A stretch of 56,667 bases of DNA from an uncultured Elusimicrobia bacterium. Lineage in GTDB: Bacteria > Elusimicrobiota > Elusimicrobia > UBA1565 > UBA9628. Where the stretch lies: contig CAZZGQ010000002.1 of NCBI GenBank assembly GCA_964653765.1, forward strand, positions 1 to 56,667, written 5' to 3'. Shown here piece after piece: positions 1-8,737 of this stretch. Position 1 is the stretch's first letter. Each line of letters starts with the position of its first letter. The position numbers and the translations under genes were made by a program. Under the pieces are notes generated by a model. It searched no databases and was not told where the DNA came from. It saw only the letters and a program-made list of their open reading frames with translations.

Positions 1-2
1 TG

Positions 3-938
3 GTGCGGGTGCCGATCCCGGGCGGCTGCTCGATCGGCTTGCGGCCGATCGACATCCACCTCAAGGGCTTCGCGGCGATGGGCGCGCGCCAGATCGCCGA
101 CCGCGGCGACATCATCCTCTCGGCCGCGCCGCAGCTCAAGGCGGGCCGCGTGAAGTTCAAGTTCCCGAGCGTGGGCGCCACCGAGCACCTCATGATGGCC
201 GCCGCCGCCTCGCCGGGCCGGACCGTGATCGAGAACGCGGCCCGCGAGCCGGAGATCGAGGACCTGGCGGAGTTCCTCAAGAAGCTCGGCGCCAAGGTGC
301 ACGGCGCCGGCACGCCGCGCGTCGTCGTCGAGGGGCAGCGCGCGCTCAAGGGCGCCCGGCACTCCGTCATGCCCGACCGCATCGAGGCCGGCACGTTCCT
401 GATCGCCTGCGCGGCGACGGGCGGCAAGCTGCGCCTCGAGGGCGCGCGGGCCAGGGACCTGACGGCCGTCATCGCCGCGCTGCGCAAAGCGGGGGCGAAG
501 ATCTCCGAGAGCGGCGGCGGGCTGACCGTGGAGATGAGCGGCCGGGCCAAGAGCGTTTCCATCAAGACGCAGCCGCATCCCGGCTTCCCGACGGACCTGC
601 AGGCCCCCTGGATGGCGCTCATGACGGTGGCGGGCGGCGCCAGCATCATCGCCGAGACCGTCTTCGAGAACCGCTTCATGCACGCCGCGGAGCTGGCGCG
701 CATGGGCGCCTCGATCGGCGTGGCGGGCGGCGAGGCCGCGATCGCCGGCGTGCCGAAGCTGACCGGCGCTCCCGTCATGGCGTCCGACCTGCGCGCCGGA
801 GCGGCGCTGCTGATCGCCGCGCTGACGGCGCAGGGTCAGACCACGATCCAGCGCGTCTACCACATCGACCGCGGCTACGAGCGCCTGGAGCGCAAGCTCG
901 TCCGCGCCGGCGCGCGCATCCGCCGCGTCAATAAATGA
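3..938 (+). CDS. murA: UDP-N-acetylglucosamine 1-carboxyvinyltransferase (5'-truncated by window edge)
   Basis: PGGCSIGLRPID.H (Cys115 loop), SVGATE, AAREPE, DRIEAGT, PGFPTDLQ, ETVFENRF, DLRAGA, HIDRGYE motifs. Confidence 0.97.
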   Translation: MRVPIPGGCSIGLRPIDIHLKGFAAMGARQIADRGDIILSAAPQLKAGRVKFKFPSVGATEHLMMAAAASPGRTVIENAAREPEIEDLAEFLKKLGAKVHGAGTPRVVVEGQRALKGARHSVMPDRIEAGTFLIACAATGGKLRLEGARARDLTAVIAALRKAGAKISESGGGLTVEMSGRAKSVSIKTQPHPGFPTDLQAPWMALMTVAGGASIIAETVFENRFMHAAELARMGASIGVAGGEAAIAGVPKLTGAPVMASDLRAGAALLIAALTAQGQTTIQRVYHIDRGYERLERKLVRAGARIRRVNK

Positions 939-2206
939 CCTACAAGCAGGCGCTGGCCGCCCTCGACGCGCGGCAGGAGACGCGCATCGAGCTGGGCCTG
1001 GACCGCGTCCGCGAGCGGCTGGAGCGGCTCGGGCATCCTGAGCGGCGGCTGCGCTGCTTCCACGTGGCGGGGACCAACGGGAAAGGCTCGACGTGCGCCA
1101 TCTTGGAGTCGGCGCTGCGGGCGGCGGGGCACAGGACGGGGTTTTATTCGTCGCCGCATCTGAGCGACGTGAGGGAAAGGATCAAGATCGCGGGGCGGCC
1201 CGTGGGGAAGGACGCGTTTGCCAAGGCGATCGGCAGGGTTTTAAAGGCTGATCCTGAAAAACGGCTGACGTATTTCGAATTGCTCACCATCGCGGCTTTC
1301 GTGATATTTTCCGCCGAGTCCTGCGACGCTGTGGTCCTAGAAACAGGACTCGGCGGAAGGCTCGATGCAACAAACGTAGTCGAGCGGCCGGCCGCCTCGA
1401 TCATCACCTCCATCGACTTCGACCACATGGCTTTTCTGGGGAACACGCTGGGAAAGATCGCCGCCGAGAAGGCCGGCATCGCCAAGAAAGGCGTGCCGTT
1501 GATCTGCCCGGCGCTGCCGCCGGAGGCGATGCGCGTGATCGAGCGCGCCGCCGAGGCCGCGGGAGCGAGGCTGATCGTGCTGCGCAAGGGCTGGAGCGCC
1601 GAGCGCGTGGATTGGAAGCGCCGGCTGCAGCGGCTGCGACGGCCGGACGGCCGCCGCTTCGAGCTCTCGCTGCTGGGCGACAAGCAGGGCGTCAACGCGG
1701 CTCTGGCCTGGGAGGCGCTGAGCGCGGGCTTGCCGGTGTCGGACGCCGCCCTGGCCCGGGGCCTCAAGCGCGTCGCCTGGCCGGGGCGCTTCGACGTGCG
1801 GCGGCTGGGCCCGAAGACGGCGATCCTCGACGGCGCGCATAACCCGGAGGCGGCCTCCAGCCTGGCCCGGACGTGGCGCGCCTCTCCGTGGGCGGCGCGC
1901 CCGGCGCGCTGGATCGTCGGGGTGCTGCGCGACAAGGACGCGAAGGCCGTCCTCAAGCCGCTGGCTGCGGCGCTCTCCGAGGTCGTCGTCGTCGAGCCGC
2001 CCAGCCCCCGCGCCCTGGCCGCCGCCGAGCTCGCCAAGCTCGTGCGCGCGCGCGCCCCGCGAGCGCGAGTCACCGTGGAGCCCGATGCCGAGACGGCGCT
2101 GCGCCGCTGGCGGCGCGAGGCGGCCGCGCCCAAGACCGCGGTCGTCTGCGGCTCGTTCTATCTGGTGGGCCAGGCGGCCCGCATCTTCGGAGGCAAGGGC
2201 AGATGA
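935..2206 (+). CDS. folC: Bifunctional folylpolyglutamate/dihydrofolate synthase
   Basis: HVAGTNGKGST P-loop, SPHL, ETGLGGRLDATN, EKAGI, WPGRF, LDGAHNP, CGSFYL; ATGA overlap with murA stop. Confidence 0.96.
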   Translation: MTYKQALAALDARQETRIELGLDRVRERLERLGHPERRLRCFHVAGTNGKGSTCAILESALRAAGHRTGFYSSPHLSDVRERIKIAGRPVGKDAFAKAIGRVLKADPEKRLTYFELLTIAAFVIFSAESCDAVVLETGLGGRLDATNVVERPAASIITSIDFDHMAFLGNTLGKIAAEKAGIAKKGVPLICPALPPEAMRVIERAAEAAGARLIVLRKGWSAERVDWKRRLQRLRRPDGRRFELSLLGDKQGVNAALAWEALSAGLPVSDAALARGLKRVAWPGRFDVRRLGPKTAILDGAHNPEAASSLARTWRASPWAARPARWIVGVLRDKDAKAVLKPLAAALSEVVVVEPPSPRALAAAELAKLVRARAPRARVTVEPDAETALRRWRREAAAPKTAVVCGSFYLVGQAARIFGGKGR

Positions 2207-3153
2207 TCACCGCGGCCGTCGGCGTCGACGTCGGGGGGACGTTCACCAAGATCGCCGCCGTCGATCGCAAGGGGAAGATCCGCCTGCAGGCGAGCCTGCC
2301 CTCGCAGCCGGCCGCCGGTCCCGCGGCCTTCGTGGACCGAGTCTGCGGCGTCATCGAGGCCTGGATCAAGAAAGAGGGCCTCAAGCCGCTCGGCGTCGGC
2401 CTCGGCTTGGCCGGCGACGTCGATTCCATCCGCGGCGAGCTGCGCCTGGCGCCCAACCTCCCCGGCTGGGGCGGCTTCCCGTTCAAACGCGCTCTGCAAG
2501 GGCGCCTCAAGACCTCGGTCGTGGTCGACAACGACGCCAACGCGGCGATCTGGGGCGGCTACTGCGTGGAGCTCAAGCGCAAGCCGCGCGACGTGGTGGG
2601 CATCACGCTCGGCACGGGCGTGGGCGGCGGATTGGTGGTCGACGGCAAGCTGTACCGCGGCGCGACGGGCTCGGCGGGCGAGATCGGCCACATGAAGGTG
2701 TCCCCCGGCGGCGAGTCCTGCCACTGCGGCGGCAAGGGCTGCCTGGAGGCCTACGGCGGCAGCTACGGCATCCTGCGCCTGGCGCGCCGCATGATCTCCG
2801 AAGACCCGCGCCGCGCGGCCCGCCTTCTCGAGATCTGCGGCGGCCCGAAGACCCTCGAGCCCAGGCACCTCTCGCAGGCGGCCGACGCCGGCGATCCCGT
2901 GGCGCAGGAGGTCTGGCTGCGCACGGGGCGCATGCTCGGGATCGGGCTGGAAAACCTGATCCTGGTGCTCAATCCCGACGTCGTGCTGATCCTCGGCGGG
3001 ATCTCTCGCGCCGGCCGGTGGCTGCTCGACCCGATCGAGGCCCACCTCGCCGGCTCGCCTTTCCGCACGCCCTTCGCCAAGGCGCGCGTGAAGATGGCCG
3101 ACGATCCGAACGTAGGCTGCGTGGGAGCGGCCTTGCTGGCGCTCGAGCCTTGA
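2203..3153 (+). CDS. ROK family sugar kinase (glucokinase-like)
   Basis: GVDVGGT, DNDANAA, GTGVGGG, GEIGH, Zn motif CHCGGKGCLE; start set at the ATGA overlap at 2203 (the ORF-track extension from 1873 overlaps folC). Confidence 0.93.
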   Translation: MITAAVGVDVGGTFTKIAAVDRKGKIRLQASLPSQPAAGPAAFVDRVCGVIEAWIKKEGLKPLGVGLGLAGDVDSIRGELRLAPNLPGWGGFPFKRALQGRLKTSVVVDNDANAAIWGGYCVELKRKPRDVVGITLGTGVGGGLVVDGKLYRGATGSAGEIGHMKVSPGGESCHCGGKGCLEAYGGSYGILRLARRMISEDPRRAARLLEICGGPKTLEPRHLSQAADAGDPVAQEVWLRTGRMLGIGLENLILVLNPDVVLILGGISRAGRWLLDPIEAHLAGSPFRTPFAKARVKMADDPNVGCVGAALLALEP

Positions 3154-5342
3154 TCCTCGTCTCCCTGGCGCTGGTCGCGGCCTCCTTGGCGTCCGCCCAG
3201 GACTATTCCCTTCCGCCGGCGCCCGTGGCCGTCTCCACGTCGACGACGCTGCTGCGCTACTCCGCCGACCACCTGGACTACGAGGCTTCCACCTCCAGCT
3301 TGCACTTGAAGGGCCACGTGGTCGTCCTGGACTCGACCCGCACCGTCACGAGCGACGAGCTTTGGGGCAACACGCGCACGCGCATGTTTCATTTCAAAGG
3401 GCACGTCCTGGTCGTCGACTCCACGCGCACCATCAAAGGCGACGAGTTCTGGGTGGACACGGTGGGCCGCTCCGGCCGCTCGGACGGGTATCTCTATGTC
3501 GAGGACAAGGTGGGCGCGGTCGCCAGCGAGCGCGGCGGCGACTTCGACTTCGACTCGGGCGACGGCCACCTTTATAAGACGGCGGCGGGGCACGGCTACT
3601 GGCGCGTCCACGCCCGCGAGGCCCAGATGAGCGGGCGCAAGAAGCTGGACTACCTGGGCGCCGACTTCACGAGCTGCGACGTTGTCCCGCCGCACTATCA
3701 CTTCCACGCCAGCAAGCTGAGGGTGCGCCCCGGAAAGAGCATGGTCGGCCGGAACGTGGTCTTCTACCTGGGACCGGTGCCGCTGTTCTACACGCCCTTC
3801 ATCTACAAGTCCTTATCCGGCGAGTCCAAGGTCCGCGTCAAGGCGCAGTTCGGCTACGATAGCCGCAACGGCGCTTTCGCGAAGACGACGCTGTACACGA
3901 CGATCAACCCCTTTCTCTACGACAAGGCGTACCTGGACTACTACTCGAAGGAGGGCGTGGGCCTGGGCAACGAGCTGGAGCATCGCAAAGGCGACAGCCG
4001 CAGCGTCGTCACCGGCTATCAGATCCACGAGTCCTCCGGCGTCGAGCGCTGGACGGCGGCCGTCAACGCCTACGAGACGTTCGGCAGCGCCGTCTCCGCC
4101 TTCCAAGTCCGCGTCCAGGGCCAGTCCGACGCGGACTTCAACAACCACTACGCCCGAAGCAGCACGTTCCGCGTCACGCCGGAGCTCATCAACGACGCCG
4201 CCTGGATCTACCGCAAGCCCAAGTACAACCTCCGCGTCAGCTACGCGCGGCACGACCTGCTGCAGCAGGACCTGTTCCACTACTTCAAGAACAGCGAAGA
4301 CACGCGCGTCGACGTCAATTCGGCGCAGTTCAACGTGGGCAAGCTGCCGTGGCTCAACAGCGTCAGCGGGTTCGCGAACAACAACTACACGCTGGGGCGG
4401 ACTTACTTGCAGCGCACGGCCGGCGGAAGCTGGGACGCGACCCGGACGATCAAGCTGTCGCGGAGCTTGGCCCTCGTGCCGCGGGTGGACTTCAGCGAGA
4501 CCTGGTACGACCAGACGGACGTCGCCATCGATCTCGCGCAGACGCGGCACGTCTATGACGCGACGATCGGCCGCTATACCGTGGGGGGGACGCTCCGGTG
4601 GTACACGCTGCTCGGGGCCTGGGACCTGGGGTACGGCTACACGAAGCGCCTCAAGGCGGACTCGTTCACGGATGACGCGGTGGCGGCGGACCACGGCGTC
4701 GAGCAGAACCTGCTCTCCTTGACGGACGCCTTCCGTCCTTCCCGCCAGATCCTGCTGCGGGCCTCCTCCGCCTACGACTTCCGCGTCTTCCGCGATCACA
4801 TGGTCGGGTTCCGCGACCGCGTCCAGCCCATCATCGGCGAGGCCATCTACACGCCGCGCCACACGTTCAACGTGACGGTGCGCAACGTCTACGGCCTGAC
4901 GTCGGGCGAGCAGAGCTTCATCGCGTCCCTGCTGCACGGCGACGAGCAGAAGTCCTTTTACTCGATCGGCGTGGGCTATAACGGCGGCAGCACCGGCACC
5001 TATTCCGCGGACACCGAGTTCGCCGTCGCCAACGCCTCGGGGACGTGGCGCCTGATCGCGGCGCTGCGCTCCCAGCTGGGCACGACCGGCGGACTGGGAG
5101 GCTTCTCGACGCGGCAGATCGTCCTCTTCGAGAAAGAGGTGTCGATCGTCAAAGCCTGGCACGACTTCAACACGCGCGCGATGGTCCGCTTCCGCCCCGG
5201 CGACGTGCGCGAGTACACCGTCCGCGTCGAGCTGCGCTTCGGCCCGCCCGGCCAGCCAAAGACGACGGTGCCGGTGGGTAGGCGCGACTGGGAGTCGGAG
5301 TGGTTCCCGGAGCGGACGTCCGGGCTCCATGACCGGCCTTAG
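3150..5342 (+). CDS. lptD: LPS-assembly outer-membrane protein LptD
   Basis: TTG start overlapping ROK stop; signal peptide (LILVSLALVAASLASAQ); beta-jellyroll N-domain with FTSCD..PPHYHF and PLFYTPF; long aromatic beta-strand C-domain (barrel). Confidence 0.85.
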   Translation: MILVSLALVAASLASAQDYSLPPAPVAVSTSTTLLRYSADHLDYEASTSSLHLKGHVVVLDSTRTVTSDELWGNTRTRMFHFKGHVLVVDSTRTIKGDEFWVDTVGRSGRSDGYLYVEDKVGAVASERGGDFDFDSGDGHLYKTAAGHGYWRVHAREAQMSGRKKLDYLGADFTSCDVVPPHYHFHASKLRVRPGKSMVGRNVVFYLGPVPLFYTPFIYKSLSGESKVRVKAQFGYDSRNGAFAKTTLYTTINPFLYDKAYLDYYSKEGVGLGNELEHRKGDSRSVVTGYQIHESSGVERWTAAVNAYETFGSAVSAFQVRVQGQSDADFNNHYARSSTFRVTPELINDAAWIYRKPKYNLRVSYARHDLLQQDLFHYFKNSEDTRVDVNSAQFNVGKLPWLNSVSGFANNNYTLGRTYLQRTAGGSWDATRTIKLSRSLALVPRVDFSETWYDQTDVAIDLAQTRHVYDATIGRYTVGGTLRWYTLLGAWDLGYGYTKRLKADSFTDDAVAADHGVEQNLLSLTDAFRPSRQILLRASSAYDFRVFRDHMVGFRDRVQPIIGEAIYTPRHTFNVTVRNVYGLTSGEQSFIASLLHGDEQKSFYSIGVGYNGGSTGTYSADTEFAVANASGTWRLIAALRSQLGTTGGLGGFSTRQIVLFEKEVSIVKAWHDFNTRAMVRFRPGDVREYTVRVELRFGPPGQPKTTVPVGRRDWESEWFPERTSGLHDRP

Positions 5343-5345
5343 AGC

Positions 5346-6599
5346 TTAGCGGGCTTCCGCGGGCAGGTCGGCGGTCCGTATGCCGAAGAGCGGCCAGCAG
5401 AGCAGGGCCAGGACGCCTTGCGCTCCAGCCATGGCCAACGCCGCGCCGGCGGCGCCCAGCCGGGGGATGAGGAGAAGGTCGAGGATCAAGTTGAAAGCGA
5501 TCGCGCCTACCGCCGCGGCCGCCGCCGCAGCGGAGCGCTTCGCGCCGATCAGGGCGTTGAGGGAAAAGTGGTTGATGAACATGAAAGGAAGCGCCAGCGA
5601 GAGCCAGATCAGGTATTTAGCCGTGCTGGCGTAGGCCGGGCCGTAGATCAAGCGCGTCCCCAGGCGCGCTCCTAAGGCGCAGGCCGTGGCCGCGAGACAG
5701 CCGCCGAGGAAAAGCTCCAGGCGCAGCCGGCTGGCGGTCTGGCGCACGGTGCCCTTCTGCAGGCCGGAAAAGACCGGCAGCGACGCGATCGCGAAGAGGC
5801 CGGGCAGCATCCCGATGCCGGCGATGACGCGCTCGGCGGCGAAGTAACGGCCCGTCTCGTCCGCCCCGACGCCAAACCACTTGAGGCAGGCGATGTCGAC
5901 GCGCGAGAAGCCGGCCAGCGCCAAGTTGATCAAGGCGAGGGCGGCCACCTCGCCCATCTCGGCGGACGGCCAGCGAGGCAGGGGCCACGATGCCGGGCGA
6001 GGCAGCGCGGTCACTTGGCGCGCGATCAATATCAGGCCGATAAGCGCGGCGAGCGCGTGCGCGAGCAAAAGCGCTAAGACCGCGGCGCCAACGGTCGGGC
6101 GAAGAGACAGCGCGGCCAAGCCGAGCCCCAACGTGAAGCAGCCGAGGACGAGCTTCATCCAGGACTCGACCTTCAGCTTTTCGTAGGCGAGGCAAAAATA
6201 GCTGAGCTGGTCGACGAGGTTGCGGCCCGCCGCTAACGCCAGGAAGAGAAGAACGATGCCCCGCTCGCTGGCAAAGGCCGGCCAGAGCGAGACTCCGGCC
6301 AGGAACAACGCGAACAGGACGACCTTGGCGTAGGTGATCTGGAGGAAGAGTGGCGCGCCCTTCGATTTGTCGCCGGCGACGTCTCGGGTCAGGAGGACGT
6401 TGAGGCCGCAGTCGCCGAGCGAAGCCAGGAACATCGCCGCGGCGTATCCGACGGAGAACCGCCCGAAGCTCGCCGCGCCCAGCCGGCGAGCGAGGAGGAT
6501 GAAGTAGACGATCTGGAATCCGCGGGAGGCCTCGGCGGCCGCCTTCCAGAGAAAATTGAGCCCGATGCGCCGTCGCGTCCCGCTCGCGGAGAGGGTCAT
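5346..6599 (-). CDS. wzx: Wzx/MOP-family polysaccharide flippase
   Basis: About 12 hydrophobic segments; LARRLG...FG, D.GL...L.RDVA, RVDI..L, G.Y.AA.R, L.P.LG..GAA.A; ATG at 6599 coupled to the upstream GT2 stop. Confidence 0.85.
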   Translation of the reverse strand: MTLSASGTRRRIGLNFLWKAAAEASRGFQIVYFILLARRLGAASFGRFSVGYAAAMFLASLGDCGLNVLLTRDVAGDKSKGAPLFLQITYAKVVLFALFLAGVSLWPAFASERGIVLLFLALAAGRNLVDQLSYFCLAYEKLKVESWMKLVLGCFTLGLGLAALSLRPTVGAAVLALLLAHALAALIGLILIARQVTALPRPASWPLPRWPSAEMGEVAALALINLALAGFSRVDIACLKWFGVGADETGRYFAAERVIAGIGMLPGLFAIASLPVFSGLQKGTVRQTASRLRLELFLGGCLAATACALGARLGTRLIYGPAYASTAKYLIWLSLALPFMFINHFSLNALIGAKRSAAAAAAAVGAIAFNLILDLLLIPRLGAAGAALAMAGAQGVLALLCWPLFGIRTADLPAEAR

Positions 6600-7447
6600 G
6601 AGCGGGCGGTCTCTGGGGCGTTCCAATCCCAGCCGTGCGCGGCGAAGTAAGCGCGGTTGAGCGCCTTGATCGCCGCGCTCTCCCAGGGAGGACGGTGCTT
6701 GTCGAAGTAGCGCGTCTGGGACCGCCGCACTTCGCGCCGCAGCCAGTCTGGCGCCGCCCCCCGCTCGGCGTAAGGCGCGGCGTGGACGGCTTGAGCGGCC
6801 GGGAGGTAATAGGTGGGGAAACCCGCCTGGCGCGCCCGGAAGCAAAAATCCACGTCCTCATAATACATGAAATAGCCGGTGTCGAACCCGCCGACGGCGT
6901 CAAAGACCTTGCGCGTGCAGGCCAGAAAGGCGCCGGTGACCCAGTTGACCCGCGCCGCGCCGGAGGGGGCCGGCGTGGGGGGGCGCAGATAGTATTTGCG
7001 GCGCGTCCTCGGCAGCGCCAGCCGAGCGAGCGTTCCTGCCAACGTCGGGAACGGGCCGCAGGACGGCTGCTCGGAGCCGTTCTCGGAGGACAGCCGGCCG
7101 CCGACGACTGCGTCTCGATCTGAGAGGAATCCTGCGATAGCGCGCAAGGAGCCTGGCGCGAGGTAGAGGTCTTGATTGACGACGACGAGGGCCCGGCCTT
7201 TGGCCTCAGAAGCCGCGCGGTTGACCGCTTGCGAAAAGCCGAGATTGGCCGCGTTCTTCAGTAGGCGGATGCCGGGTAGGTCCGCGACGAGGGAAGGCGT
7301 CTCGTCCAGGGAGGCGTTGTCGACGACCAGCGTCTCGACAGGCAGGTCCTGGGCCGCCGCTGTCGTTGCGTCGACGGCTCGACGGATCCACGGCGAGCCG
7401 TTGTGAGCCGGAATAAGGACGGACAGGGCGGGCTCGGCGGCGGCCAT
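6596..7447 (-). CDS. GT2 glycosyltransferase (WbbL/rhamnosyltransferase-like)
   Basis: SVLIPAHN, VVDNAS.D, N.GFSQAVN, VNQD, WVTGAFL, GGFD..YFMYYEDVDFCFR. Confidence 0.9.
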   Translation of the reverse strand: MAAAEPALSVLIPAHNGSPWIRRAVDATTAAAQDLPVETLVVDNASLDETPSLVADLPGIRLLKNAANLGFSQAVNRAASEAKGRALVVVNQDLYLAPGSLRAIAGFLSDRDAVVGGRLSSENGSEQPSCGPFPTLAGTLARLALPRTRRKYYLRPPTPAPSGAARVNWVTGAFLACTRKVFDAVGGFDTGYFMYYEDVDFCFRARQAGFPTYYLPAAQAVHAAPYAERGAAPDWLRREVRRSQTRYFDKHRPPWESAAIKALNRAYFAAHGWDWNAPETARS

Positions 7448-7493
7448 GAAAGTCCGATCCTATCAATTTCTCGTCAGCGGCGTTCTTTTTTAA

Positions 7494-7553
7494 TGTTAGA
7501 ATTGTCATTGCTACTTGACTATTAAATAAGCATCGAGATAATAACTCGAGGAG
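7494..7553 (+). promoter_or_regulatory. Sigma70-type promoter(s) and RBS for the main + strand cluster
   Basis: TTGACT (7515-7520)-N16-GATAAT (7537-7542); upstream extended -10 TGTTAGAAT (7494-7502); GAGGAG at 7548-7553, 6 nt before ATG 7560; AT-rich divergent gap. Confidence 0.7.
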
Positions 7554-7559
7554 AATCCA

Positions 7560-8435
7560 ATGACGCGTAAAATCGTCCGTTTCGGCAACCGCATCATCGC
7601 GCAGGGTAACGAGCCTTATATCATCGCTGAGATCGGGATTAATCACAACGGGTCGTTGGATACGGCCAAGAAGCTCATCGACGCGGCCAAGTCGGCGGGC
7701 TGCGACGCGGTCAAGTTCCAAAAACGCACGGTCGACATCGTGTACACGAAGGAAGAGCTGGCCAAGCCGCGGGAAAACCCTTTCGGGCCCACCAACGGCG
7801 ACCTCAAGCGCGGACTCGAGTTCGGCAAGAAGGAGTATGGAGAGATCGATCGTTACTGCAAGGAGCTGAAGATCGACTGGTTCGCTTCCTGTTGGGATGA
7901 GGGCTCCGTCGATTTCATGGAGGAGTTCGACCCCGTCTGCTACAAGATCGCCTCGGCCAGCCTGACCGACGACAACCTGCTGCGCCATCACCGAAAGACC
8001 GGCAGGCCCATCATTCTTTCGACGGGCATGAGCACCGATGCGCAGATCAAGCATGCAGTGGAGGTCTTGGGCCTCGATGATTTGGTGCTCATGCACGCGA
8101 CCAGCACCTATCCCTCCAAGCCGGAGGAATTGAATCTGGCCTGCATCGCGAAGTATATGGAGCGTTATCCTGTTCCGATCGGATACTCGGGGCATGAGGT
8201 CGGCCTGGCCACGACCTTCGCTGCCGCGGTGCTCGGCGCCTGCGTCATCGAGCGTCACATCACCCTGGACCGTTCCATGTGGGGCAGCGATCAGTCCGCC
8301 TCGGTGGAGCCCCAAGGGTTCGCTCGCCTAGTCCGCGATATTCGCGAGCACCGCGTGGCCTTGGGCGACGGCGTCAAGACGGTCTACCCAAGCGAGAAGC
8401 CCATCATCGAGAAGCTGCGCCGCGTGGGGAAGTGA
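7560..8435 (+). CDS. neuB: N-acetylneuraminate synthase family (NeuB/SpsE), short form without C-terminal AFP/SAF domain
   Basis: IIAEIGINHNG, DAVKFQ, YKIASASL, ILSTGM, HATSTYP, GYSGHE, IERHITLDR.MWGSDQ.AS; 291 aa. Confidence 0.93.
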   Translation: MTRKIVRFGNRIIAQGNEPYIIAEIGINHNGSLDTAKKLIDAAKSAGCDAVKFQKRTVDIVYTKEELAKPRENPFGPTNGDLKRGLEFGKKEYGEIDRYCKELKIDWFASCWDEGSVDFMEEFDPVCYKIASASLTDDNLLRHHRKTGRPIILSTGMSTDAQIKHAVEVLGLDDLVLMHATSTYPSKPEELNLACIAKYMERYPVPIGYSGHEVGLATTFAAAVLGACVIERHITLDRSMWGSDQSASVEPQGFARLVRDIREHRVALGDGVKTVYPSEKPIIEKLRRVGK

Positions 8436-8737
8436 CCTACTGCTTCGACATCGACGGCACTCTGTGCACCAATACGGAAGGTGCTTACGAGGATGCGGCC
8501 GGTTTCCCGGACGTCATAGAGCGCGTTAACGCGCTCTATGACGCCGGGCACCGCATCATTCTCTGCACGGCCCGGGGCTCCAAGACCGGCATCGATTGGC
8601 GCAAGGTGACGGAGCAGCAGATGCAGCGCTGGGGCGTTAGGTATCATGAACTGTGGTTCGGCAAGCCGACGGCCGACGTCTACGTCGACGACAAGGCCGT
8701 CAATATCAAGGATTGGATGATCAAGGAGCCGCGATGA
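8432..8737 (+). CDS. Minimal capless HAD-family phosphatase
   Basis: GTGA overlap; FDIDGT (motif I), CTARG (II), GKP (III), VYVDD (IV); 101 aa. Confidence 0.82.
   Translation: MTYCFDIDGTLCTNTEGAYEDAAGFPDVIERVNALYDAGHRIILCTARGSKTGIDWRKVTEQQMQRWGVRYHELWFGKPTADVYVDDKAVNIKDWMIKEPR

Noticed and set aside
2085-3149. 1085-aa ORF-track version of LptD
   Set aside because: The first 355 codons are Arg/Gly-rich off-frame sequence overlapping folC and ROK; the signal peptide starts at TTG 3150
2203-3153. ROK kinase as the ManNAc/mannose kinase feeding NeuB
   Set aside because: It is coupled in the murA-folC-lptD housekeeping run with host-like codon usage; nothing in the sequence ties it to the island, though it could supply substrate incidentally
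7448-7559. JUMPStart/ops (RfaH/NusG-paralogue) element
   Set aside because: No GGCGGTAG-like ops sequence seen in the leader; internal promoters may replace antitermination
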